From NCBI GenBank assembly GCA_965209055.1, contig OZ242374.1, positions 5,472,001 through 5,536,000 of the forward strand: a stretch of DNA of 64,000 nucleotides, in the 5' to 3' direction. Both the position numbers and the translations under genes were made by a program. The stretch's first letter is position 1; the number at the start of each line of letters is the position of its first letter. A model generated the notes under the pieces. That model had not been told where the DNA came from. It saw nothing but the letters and a program-made list of their open reading frames with translations, and made no database searches. This stretch comes from Acidobacteriota bacterium. GTDB lineage: Bacteria; Acidobacteriota; UBA6911; RPQK01; JAJDTT01. Below, piece by piece: positions 9,524 through 17,421 of this stretch.

Positions 9524-10775
9524 ACATTCGGGCCAGTTCCTCCTCGCCGGCGGGGCGAGGAGAGAGTTTCGTCACTCGGTGTTGAGGCAGCGTTCCCTGC
9601 ACCAACCCGGGGATGTCCTCTGAATCATACCCGATTTCGGCGAGACCGCTGGGCATCTTCAGCCGCCGCATCATCCGGATGATGGCAGCCGCCAGAATTT
9701 CTCCCCCGTCCTCCTCCCTGGCGCCGGAAGTACGCGCACCCAGGATCCGGGCGGCTTCCAGGTGGCGTCCGGGACAGGCGGGGGCGGTGAAGCGGAACAC
9801 TGCCGGAGCATTCAGGATCACGGACATCCCGTGGGGAACCATGGGATGCCCGGGTCCGTACCCCTCCGGGCGGAAGCTCTTGACCATTCCCGAGACCGGG
9901 TACGACATGCCGTGGGGCAGATGCACCCCGGCATTTCCGAATCCGATGCCGGCGTAGGCGGCCGCCAGCAGCATCTGGGAACGCGCTTCCTCGTCCCCGG
10001 GATCCTCGACGGCGCGGACCAGGTAGCGGGAAACGATCTCGAGGCTCTGTCGGGCCCAGATGTCGCTGATGGGATTGGAGCCCTGGTAGGCAGGCCTCTC
10101 CACCGGACGCGGCGGAAGAGGGCGCCGGCCGAAAGGGATGGCCGTGAACGATTCGAGAGCGTGGCTCAGGACGTCCAGACCCGTGGAAGCGGCCACCACC
10201 GCTGGCAGCGTCCTGGTGTTCTCGGGATCGATGATGCCCAGCGTGGGCCTCAGCCGCCGGTGCGCGATCCCGGTCTTGGCCTTCATGCCATGCAGATCGA
10301 AGATGGCCACTCCGGTGGTCTCGCTCCCGGTCCCGGCCGTGGTGGGAATGGCGATCAAGGGCTTGAGCGGACCCGGAACCGGCGTTCCCCGCCCGATGGG
10401 ATGGTTCACATATTCCAGAAAGTCCGCGGGATAGGTGGAGTAGAGGTTGGCCGCCTTGGCCGTGTCCATGGTGGAACCGCCGCCCACGGCGACGAAGGCG
10501 TCGAATCCACCATCGGTGGCGAAGTCTATGGCCTGTTGAAACGATCCGTCGGTGGGCTCCACGCGGACCGCGTCGAAAAGAGAGAAGTCCACGTTCTCGC
10601 GTGAGAGGGATTCCAGGGCCGACTCGACGGGAGGACTCTCCACCAGGTTCGGGTCCGCGAGCACCATGACCCGCCGGGCGCCGAGATCGGCCAGATCCAT
10701 CCCCACTTCCCGGGTGGCCCCGGACCCGAAGCGGATGTTGGACGCCGACATCTCGAACGCGAAATCCCGCTCCAT
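9498..10775 (-). CDS. Hydroxyacid-oxoacid transhydrogenase (iron-containing alcohol dehydrogenase family)
   Basis: AFEMSASNIRFGSG, AVGGGSTMDTAK, PTTAGTGSETTG, GLDVLSHALES, RPAYQGSNPISD, GNAGVHLPHGMSYPV. Confidence 0.92.
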   Translation of the reverse strand: MERDFAFEMSASNIRFGSGATREVGMDLADLGARRVMVLADPNLVESPPVESALESLSRENVDFSLFDAVRVEPTDGSFQQAIDFATDGGFDAFVAVGGGSTMDTAKAANLYSTYPADFLEYVNHPIGRGTPVPGPLKPLIAIPTTAGTGSETTGVAIFDLHGMKAKTGIAHRRLRPTLGIIDPENTRTLPAVVAASTGLDVLSHALESFTAIPFGRRPLPPRPVERPAYQGSNPISDIWARQSLEIVSRYLVRAVEDPGDEEARSQMLLAAAYAGIGFGNAGVHLPHGMSYPVSGMVKSFRPEGYGPGHPMVPHGMSVILNAPAVFRFTAPACPGRHLEAARILGARTSGAREEDGGEILAAAIIRMMRRLKMPSGLAEIGYDSEDIPGLVQGTLPQHRVTKLSPRPAGEEELARMYEDAMAYW

Positions 10776-10938
10776 GAAGTCTGTCTCTCGAGACGCTCCA
10801 GCCGGTCGATGAGGCGGGAGAAACCGCCTCGACACACCTGCGGTATGGTACTTGAAGGGTCGGAAAAGGCGCAAATTCGGGGCCGATTCCCCACTTCCGG
10901 GAACCCTGACAGCCCGTGGCAAAAGTCACCACGGACGG

Positions 10939-10967
10939 TTGACACCCTCCTGCTCCAAACCTACAAT
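10939..10967 (+). promoter_or_regulatory. Sigma70-type promoter of the aldo/keto reductase
   Basis: TTGACA (10939-10944), 17-nt spacer, TACAAT (10962-10967), then an AGGAGG SD before ATG 10992. Confidence 0.8.
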
Positions 10968-10991
10968 CCGGCTTCCCAGGAGGACCGACTG

Positions 10992-11924
10992 ATGGAATAC
11001 CGACGCTACGGCAGCACTGAACTTCGAGTGAGCCAGATCGCCTTCGGCGGAGCCACGTTCGGCCGGGAGATCGACGGGCCCACCGCCTGGCGCCTCATGG
11101 ACCGGGCTCTGGAGCGGGGAATCAACCTGATTGACACGGCCGAGGCGTACAGCAACCGCGAATCGGAACGCATCATCGGCCGCTGGCTCGCCGAACGGAA
11201 GAACCGCCAGGAGATCGTCCTGGCCACCAAGTGCTACGGGAAGCTGGACGCAGGTATCATCACCGAGAAGATCGACCAGAGTCTCCAATGCCTGCAGACC
11301 GACTGGATCGACCTCTTTCAGATCCACCACTTTCCCCACGATGGGGATCCCTTGGACGAGATCCTGGAGAGCCTGGACCGGGCCGTTCAAGCGGGGAAGG
11401 TCCGCCACCTGGGACTGAGCAACTGCGGTGCATGGCAATTCTGCAAGGCGCTCTGGCGCCAGGACCGGAGCGGATGGGCACGGTTCGAATCGATGCAGCC
11501 TTCCTACAGCCTGGTCGAACGCACCATCGAAGCCGAGATGATTCCCCTGTGCAAGGACCAGGACGTGGCCATCATTTCCTACGCCCCCATCGCCTCGGGA
11601 TTCCTGGCCGGCAAGTACTCCAAGGGAGGCCCCATCCCCTCCGGCACCCGGTTCGACGTGGCTCCCGGCCACCAGGACGTCTTCTTCAGCAATCGGAACT
11701 TCGCCTGTGTGGACCGGATCAAGGCCATCGCCGCGGAGGCGGGACGCTCACTGGTGGACCTGGCGCTGGCCTGGGCCATTTTTCAGCCCGACATCACCTG
11801 CGTTCTCATCGGGGGGAGAAAGAACTCCCATGTGGATCAGGCCTTCGAGACCCTGGAGCGAGGCCTGGACCCGGAGTTGAGGGAGCGCCTGGACCAGGCA
11901 TCCCAGCCCGATACCTTCGGTTGA
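10992..11924 (+). CDS. Aldo/keto reductase
   Basis: GINLIDTAEAYS, VLATK, LQTDWIDLFQIH, GKVRHLGLSN, YAPIASGFLAGKY. Confidence 0.93.
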   Translation: MEYRRYGSTELRVSQIAFGGATFGREIDGPTAWRLMDRALERGINLIDTAEAYSNRESERIIGRWLAERKNRQEIVLATKCYGKLDAGIITEKIDQSLQCLQTDWIDLFQIHHFPHDGDPLDEILESLDRAVQAGKVRHLGLSNCGAWQFCKALWRQDRSGWARFESMQPSYSLVERTIEAEMIPLCKDQDVAIISYAPIASGFLAGKYSKGGPIPSGTRFDVAPGHQDVFFSNRNFACVDRIKAIAAEAGRSLVDLALAWAIFQPDITCVLIGGRKNSHVDQAFETLERGLDPELRERLDQASQPDTFG

Positions 11925-11964
11925 CCGGCCCGCCGGGTTCGGCCTCCGGCGCCAGCCACGGCGA

Positions 11965-12525
11965 TCAGCGAACCAACTTCTTAACGTGCTCGTGGAGCAG
12001 GTCGGCCGTGTACTCCAGGCCGAAGTCCAAATGGTGACCCTGCATCCAGACCGTCGGCTCCGGACCGCTCCGATGCCAGGCGAGGTGCGGCTTGTAGAGG
12101 ATGTAGATGTTCCAAGCCGACTTGTCGTCGGGATACTGGAGCTTCTTGTTGTAGTGTTGGCGGCCGAAGTTCCAAAGGTCCCAGAAATGTTCCGCGCGCG
12201 GGTCCCGGAGATAGGCGGCGGCCTGTAGCGCCGCTCTCCTGGAATCCCTTCCCAGGATGGGCGCCCAGAGGATCAGGACCTTGATTCTGGCAGTGGGTTC
12301 CTTGCTGAGAATGTTCTGGATGTCGGCCGCTCCCCGGAGGCAGTGGCCGCACGTGGGAGAGAAGACCGTGACCAGCCGGGTCCGGTCGGAGGCGGCGTTG
12401 AAGACGTTCACGAACTCCCGCCCGTCGGGGGAGACGGAGGTGATTCCGGGGCTGGGACCCTGCAGCGCGACAGCGGCGCTGACCAGGATAGGGACCAGAA
12501 TGAGGGACAGCAGAAGTCTTCTCAT
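11965..12525 (-). CDS. Exported thioredoxin-fold protein with CxxC
   Basis: Signal peptide MRRLLLSLILVPILVSAAVA; FSPTCGHCLRGA; DPRAEHFWD; AWNIYILY. Confidence 0.65.
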   Translation of the reverse strand: MRRLLLSLILVPILVSAAVALQGPSPGITSVSPDGREFVNVFNAASDRTRLVTVFSPTCGHCLRGAADIQNILSKEPTARIKVLILWAPILGRDSRRAALQAAAYLRDPRAEHFWDLWNFGRQHYNKKLQYPDDKSAWNIYILYKPHLAWHRSGPEPTVWMQGHHLDFGLEYTADLLHEHVKKLVR

Positions 12526-12584
12526 AACCGTTGCAGGGTAATGAATCGGGCGTTCGGCTGGCAAGTGCCCATGGGATCCCGGAA

Positions 12585-13751
12585 TCATCGCGCGCCCTCC
12601 CGGGACCGGATCCTGATGGCCGCCTCCTCCGCCTCCTGCAGGACCCTCAGCGTGTTCTCACCCAGGATCAAACGGATCTGGCTTTCGTCGTAGCCCCTCT
12701 CCAGCAGCTCCCGGGTGATCTTGGGGAGATAGCTCACGTCCTCCATTCCCGTGGGCATGTCCGCACCGTCGAAATCGGATCCGAGACCCACATGGCGGAT
12801 TCCCGCCACCTGGACGGCGTGATCGATGTGGTCCACGATCCTCTCCCAATTCACCGGAGGGATCGGCTCCCGCTCCGTTTCCGCCTCCCCATCTGCGGCA
12901 GCCTCCTGGATCGAGGCCTCCCGGGCCGCATGATGCTCCACGTCCAGAAAATAGTCCACGAAGGTGATCTGGATCACACCGCCCTGCTTGGCCAGGGCCC
13001 GGATCATCTCGTCGTTCATGTTCCGGGGATGATTCGACAGATCCCGGCAGGAGGAGTGACTTGCGATGACGGGTGCTTCAGTGACTTCCAGAACGTCCCA
13101 GAAGGTCTCGTCCGAGACATGGGAGACGTCTATGATCACACCCAGGCGGTTCAGCTCCCGCACCACGCTTCGGCCCAGATCGTTCAGTCCTCCGTTGACG
13201 CGCGAATCGGCCACCGAATCGGCCCAGTCGGTGTTCACGTTGTGGGTCAACGTCAGATAGCGGACCCCCAGCCGGGCATACATCCGGAGGATGGGGAGGC
13301 TGTTGTGGATCATATGCCCCCCCTCCATTCCCATCAGCACCGCGATCTTGCCCGTTCGTTGAACCCGGCGCACATCGGAGGCGCTGGTGCAGAACTCCAG
13401 GGAATCCCCGTGCATCTCCACCAGGCGATGAACCGAGGCAATGGTTTTCAGCGAATCGCTGACAGCCTTGGGACCGGTGACGGTCCCGGGCATGTAAATG
13501 GAGAAGAAGGCCCCGTCGAGTCCTCCTCGCTTGAGCCGGGGAAGGTCCACGTGCCCCATGTCGTTTTCCCGGCCAAAGTCATAGTTCGGGTCCTTCATCC
13601 GCAACGGGGTGTCGAGGTGCGTGTCCAGCACCAGCGAAGAAAAATGCAGCCGGCGCGCCCTGGCGTCGCCGTCGCCGCCGACACCCACGGCCAGCCAGGC
13701 GCTGGCTGCCGCCATGACCGCGAGGGCCAATAAGAGATTCCATTGCTTCAT
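12585..13751 (-). CDS. Membrane dipeptidase (peptidase M19)
   Basis: Signal peptide; DTHLD, GMEGGH, YLTLTHN, IDVSHVS, ASHSS, HPRN, GLGSDFDG. Confidence 0.93.
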   Translation of the reverse strand: MKQWNLLLALAVMAAASAWLAVGVGGDGDARARRLHFSSLVLDTHLDTPLRMKDPNYDFGRENDMGHVDLPRLKRGGLDGAFFSIYMPGTVTGPKAVSDSLKTIASVHRLVEMHGDSLEFCTSASDVRRVQRTGKIAVLMGMEGGHMIHNSLPILRMYARLGVRYLTLTHNVNTDWADSVADSRVNGGLNDLGRSVVRELNRLGVIIDVSHVSDETFWDVLEVTEAPVIASHSSCRDLSNHPRNMNDEMIRALAKQGGVIQITFVDYFLDVEHHAAREASIQEAAADGEAETEREPIPPVNWERIVDHIDHAVQVAGIRHVGLGSDFDGADMPTGMEDVSYLPKITRELLERGYDESQIRLILGENTLRVLQEAEEAAIRIRSREGAR

Positions 13752-13845
13752 GGTTGCTCCTGGTTTTTCGTTTCGCCCGAGAGTATACACGCGGGAAAGG
13801 AACCAGGACCCCGCATGGGCCACCCGATTGGCGGCCCTCGACTCG

Positions 13846-14505
13846 CTACATTGTCAAACCTGGGGAATCCTTCCACCGAGGGCAGACCCGGCCGCCGGGG
13901 AGAATGCATGCCGGGTGGGGCGGGTCCGGCGTCATCCCGAAGCGGCCCAGGAGCCGGGCCAGTTCACAGAGCGGAAGGCCGACGATGTTGAGATAGCATC
14001 CGGAAAAGGACTCCACCAACCCGGCTCCGGCCGTCTGAATCCCGTAGGCGCCCGCCTTGTCCAGCGAATCGCCTGTGTCCAGATAGCGACTCAGGACGGA
14101 TTGGCCGAATCGGTGCATGCGCACTCGGGAAGTGACCACCACCGACTCTTCCCTTCCCGTTGGAGCCTCCAGCACCGCAGCGGCCGTCATCACATCGTGG
14201 GTCCGGCCCCGGAGCGCCAAGAGCATCTGCCGTGCGTCATCGCGATGGGACGGTTTGCCCAGGACCCTGCCGTCCAGGCACACCAGAGTGTCACATCCGA
14301 TGACGACGCCCCGGCGCACGCCGGAAGCAACACTTCGCGCCTTCATCCGGGCCAGCTTGACAGCCAGCGCCCTTGGTTCGGGAGCCTCGATCCCGTCCTC
14401 ATCGAGACCGCTCTCGCAAAAGACACAGGGAAACCCCAGCCGGGCGATCAACTCCCGGCGCCGGGGAGAGGCCGAGGCCAGGATCAGAGTCGGCTCACCG
14501 GACAT
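13846..14505 (-). CDS. maf: Maf family nucleoside triphosphate pyrophosphatase (YhdE type)
   Basis: LILASASPRRRELI, VIGCDTLV, LGKP, DKAGAYGIQ, NIVGLP. Confidence 0.92.
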   Translation of the reverse strand: MSGEPTLILASASPRRRELIARLGFPCVFCESGLDEDGIEAPEPRALAVKLARMKARSVASGVRRGVVIGCDTLVCLDGRVLGKPSHRDDARQMLLALRGRTHDVMTAAAVLEAPTGREESVVVTSRVRMHRFGQSVLSRYLDTGDSLDKAGAYGIQTAGAGLVESFSGCYLNIVGLPLCELARLLGRFGMTPDPPHPACILPGGRVCPRWKDSPGLTM

Positions 14506-14593
14506 GACTCCACCGTCCGTGAATCGTGGTGAGCGACCTGGTGATCCTCTCCGCGTGAGTCGACCGGAACGGCGCTCCCCCGGTCCGCATTTC

Positions 14594-15604
14594 TCACCGG
14601 GCGGTCTGACCCCGCCGCAACGCGCGCTGCAGAGTCCTGGGCTCGTCCGGGTAGAGAGAGGCCACGTATTTTTCGTAACCGTTGAACAAAGGAGTGGGGA
14701 ACTCGTCGCCGCTGTCGAGCCAGTGCGAACGGTTCTGCGGCCACCGGGGATGGGGAATGTAGGGATTGACGTTGGACAGAAAGCCGTATTCATGCTCCTG
14801 GATCTGCCAGAAGATCTTGGGCTGCTTCTTGACCAATTCGATCTTCACGATGGACTTTGGACTCTTGTAGCCGTATTTCCAGGGGACGACGAGCCTCACC
14901 GGGGCGCCGTGCTGCTTCAGGAGCGGTTCTCCGTACACTCCGGTCGCCAGCATCGTCAGCTCGTTCATGGCCTCGTCCATGCGCAGGGCCTCGTGGTACG
15001 GCCACGGATAGAGGCGGGCCTGCCGGACTCCGGGCATCTGACTGGGCTTCAAGGCGCTCAGAAAGCGGACGAAGCGGGCGGACGCCTTGGGTTTCACGCG
15101 GTCCAGGAGCTTGCTCAGGGGAAATCCGCTCCAGGGGACATTCATGGCCCAACGTTCCACGCAACGGAAGTGATAGACCCTTTCCTCGTGCTCGAACCCG
15201 AAGAGGTCGTCCAGATCCAGAGTCTGAGGCTCGTGGCATTCGCCGCTGACCACGACCTTCCACGGATCCACTTTGAAGTCCTCGATATGCTCCCAGACCG
15301 GCCCGCCGCGCCCCGGAAGGAATTCGTAAAAATTGTTGTGCACGGCGGCGGTCGCCCGGGGAGTCATGCGGGGGTCGACTCCCGCCGGGAGCGTGTAGGC
15401 CGAATTGCGCTCCGTCGGAAAGACGTCGGGCCGCTTGAAGGGAGCCTCCAGCATTTCCTTCGGCGCCGCCGCTTTTCCGCAGAGCAGGTTGCCGGCAGCC
15501 AATGCGCCGATGGAGAGCCCTCCCAGAAACCGGCGCCTGGAGAAGAAGACCTGGGGCTCGGTGACGGGGTGGGATGAGATGCCGGCGATGGAATTCTTGT
15601 ACAT
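14594..15604 (-). CDS. msrP: Protein-methionine-sulfoxide reductase catalytic subunit MsrP (molybdopterin)
   Basis: Tat motif SRRRFL; NNFYEF; HFRCVERWAM (Mo-ligating Cys); QHGAPVRLVVPWKYGYKSPKSI; EYGFLSNVNP...HPRW; GGAGG SD. Confidence 0.93.
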   Translation of the reverse strand: MYKNSIAGISSHPVTEPQVFFSRRRFLGGLSIGALAAGNLLCGKAAAPKEMLEAPFKRPDVFPTERNSAYTLPAGVDPRMTPRATAAVHNNFYEFLPGRGGPVWEHIEDFKVDPWKVVVSGECHEPQTLDLDDLFGFEHEERVYHFRCVERWAMNVPWSGFPLSKLLDRVKPKASARFVRFLSALKPSQMPGVRQARLYPWPYHEALRMDEAMNELTMLATGVYGEPLLKQHGAPVRLVVPWKYGYKSPKSIVKIELVKKQPKIFWQIQEHEYGFLSNVNPYIPHPRWPQNRSHWLDSGDEFPTPLFNGYEKYVASLYPDEPRTLQRALRRGQTAR

Positions 15605-15649
15605 GGAGCCTCCTCAGTCGCTCATTTCAAGATATCAAAGATGATCGGT

Positions 15650-15817
15650 CAGGCGCGCCCCTTGTGGGCGCCCTTCTTGGTCCAGGACAGAAGCTCCCCC
15701 ACCGGCCCGGCGGACGCCCGGTAGAAAAAGGATAGGAGCGGCGATTTCCAATCGCCGAACTCCTAACCGACAAACTTGGCGGCAAAGACTGGGCGATTTA
15801 TAAATTGCCCCCCTCCT
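15650..15817. repeat. Cluster of REP-like extragenic palindromes
   Basis: AGGCGCGCCCCTTGTGGGCGCCC (about 15651-15673); hairpin TAGGAG-CGGCGATT-TCC-AATCGCCG-AA-CTCCTA (15733-15765); related element in inverted orientation GGGCGATTTATAAATTGCCCCCCTCCT (15791-15817). Confidence 0.6.
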
Positions 15818-15842
15818 TTTGCTTAGTGGGATATGGGAACTC

Positions 15843-15876
15843 TTCACCTGCACGTGCTATAGATTGGGGCCGCACC
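15843..15876 (+). promoter_or_regulatory. Putative promoter of sulfatase copy 1
   Basis: TTCAC...GTGCTATAGATT is conserved at the same offset upstream of copy 2; no SD, so a very short leader is likely. Confidence 0.5.
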
Positions 15877-17337
15877 ATGCCGGAGAAAAGGCCGAACGTA
15901 CTGCTCATTTGCGCCGACCGCTGGTCCGGACTCTTCACCCGTTCGGCGGGACATCCGGTGGCGATGACACCCACCGTCGACCAACTGGCCCGAAACGGCG
16001 TCCAGTTCGACCGCGCCTATTCGGCTTGCCCCGTCTGTATTCCCGCCCGGCGCAGCCTGATGACGGGCCTTTCGCCGCGAAACCACGGGGACCGGGTCTT
16101 CAACGAGACTATGGAGATGCCGGACCCGGAAAAGGTTCCGACGCTGCCCGGGCTCTTCCGGAGGGCCGGCTACCAGGCTCATGCCGTCGGCAAGCTCCAT
16201 GTCTACCCCCAGCGCGACCGCATCGGCTTCGACGAAGTGATCCTGAACGAGGAAGGGCGCCACCATCTGGATGACGGCAAGGCCGACGACTGGGAACTCC
16301 ATCTGGCCGACCAGGGCTATCCGGGCCAGGAGTACGCCAGCGGACTCAGCAACAACGACTACCTGACCCGCTCCTGGCACCTGCCTGAGCGTTGTCATCC
16401 CACCAACTGGGCGGCGGAGCAGATGTGCCGCACCATCCGGCGCCGCGATCCCCGGAAGCCCGGCTTCTGGTATCTCTCCTTCGTGGGACCTCATCCGCCA
16501 CTCTGGCCGCCGGCCGCATATCTCGATCTCTACCGGAATCTGGAACTGGACCCGGCGGTCCACGGAGACTGGTCCCGGTCGTTCGAGGACCTGCCCTGGA
16601 GCGTCAAGCCCTACATGGACCAATTCTGCCTGCGAATGGCCACCCCAGGGGAGATCGACCTGGCGAGACGGGGTTTCTACGCCACCCTCACCCACATCGA
16701 TCACCAGATCCGGATGGTTCTGGGAACGCTGCGCGAAGAGGGGCTATTGGAGAACACCATCGTGGCCTTCACGGCGGATCACGGCGACATGCTGGGAGAC
16801 CACCAGATGTGGTCCTTGGGAGTCATGTACGAGAAGTCCGCGCGGGTCCCCCTCATCATCGTCCCGGCCGCCGGTGACGAGCGATTCCCGCCGGGCAGCC
16901 GTGACCATCGCCTGGCGGAGCTTCGGGACCTGGCGCCGACGCTGCTGGACCTCTGCGGGCTCGAGCCTCCCGCAGTCCTGGACGGGATCTCTCTGGCCGG
17001 CGGCGACGACCGGGACCATCTCTACGGCGAATTCCGGGAGGGTCCCATGGCCACCCGCATGATCCGCGACCGGCGTTACAAGCTCATCTACTATCCGGTG
17101 GGCAACGTTTTCCAGTTGTTCGATCTGGACCAGGACCCCCTGGAGCAAACGAATCTGGCCGGACAGGCTTCCCTGCGGGAGGTTCAGGACCGCCTGGCGG
17201 GGCTGCTGGTGGACCACCTCTACGGATCGGACCTGGAGTGGCTCCGGGAGGGCCGTCTCACGGGGTTGCCGGACCGGGAATACGTCCGGTCTGCAAACCG
17301 GGGCCTGAGCGGCCAGAGAGGCTGGCGGTTCCTTTGA
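15877..17337 (+). CDS. Sulfatase-like hydrolase (choline-sulfatase-like, cytoplasmic), tandem copy 1
   Basis: PNVLLICADRW, CPVCIPARRSLMTG (CxPxR), VGKLH, GPHPP, TADHGDMLGDH; 486 aa; no signal peptide. Confidence 0.9.
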   Translation: MPEKRPNVLLICADRWSGLFTRSAGHPVAMTPTVDQLARNGVQFDRAYSACPVCIPARRSLMTGLSPRNHGDRVFNETMEMPDPEKVPTLPGLFRRAGYQAHAVGKLHVYPQRDRIGFDEVILNEEGRHHLDDGKADDWELHLADQGYPGQEYASGLSNNDYLTRSWHLPERCHPTNWAAEQMCRTIRRRDPRKPGFWYLSFVGPHPPLWPPAAYLDLYRNLELDPAVHGDWSRSFEDLPWSVKPYMDQFCLRMATPGEIDLARRGFYATLTHIDHQIRMVLGTLREEGLLENTIVAFTADHGDMLGDHQMWSLGVMYEKSARVPLIIVPAAGDERFPPGSRDHRLAELRDLAPTLLDLCGLEPPAVLDGISLAGGDDRDHLYGEFREGPMATRMIRDRRYKLIYYPVGNVFQLFDLDQDPLEQTNLAGQASLREVQDRLAGLLVDHLYGSDLEWLREGRLTGLPDREYVRSANRGLSGQRGWRFL

Positions 17338-17387
17338 CGTGGGATTCCAAAGACCGGTGAAGACCCGAATAAGAGAACCGGGGACCT

Positions 17388-17421
17388 TTCACGGCGAGGT
17401 GCTATAGACTGGAGTCCGGCC
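17388..17421 (+). promoter_or_regulatory. Putative promoter of sulfatase copy 2
   Basis: TTCAC...GTGCTATAGACT, paralogous to the copy 1 upstream region. Confidence 0.5.

Noticed and set aside
182-11953. GCCTCCGGCGCC at 182-193 and 11942-11953, both between convergent genes
   Set aside because: A 12-mer that is almost all G/C is expected by chance at this composition.
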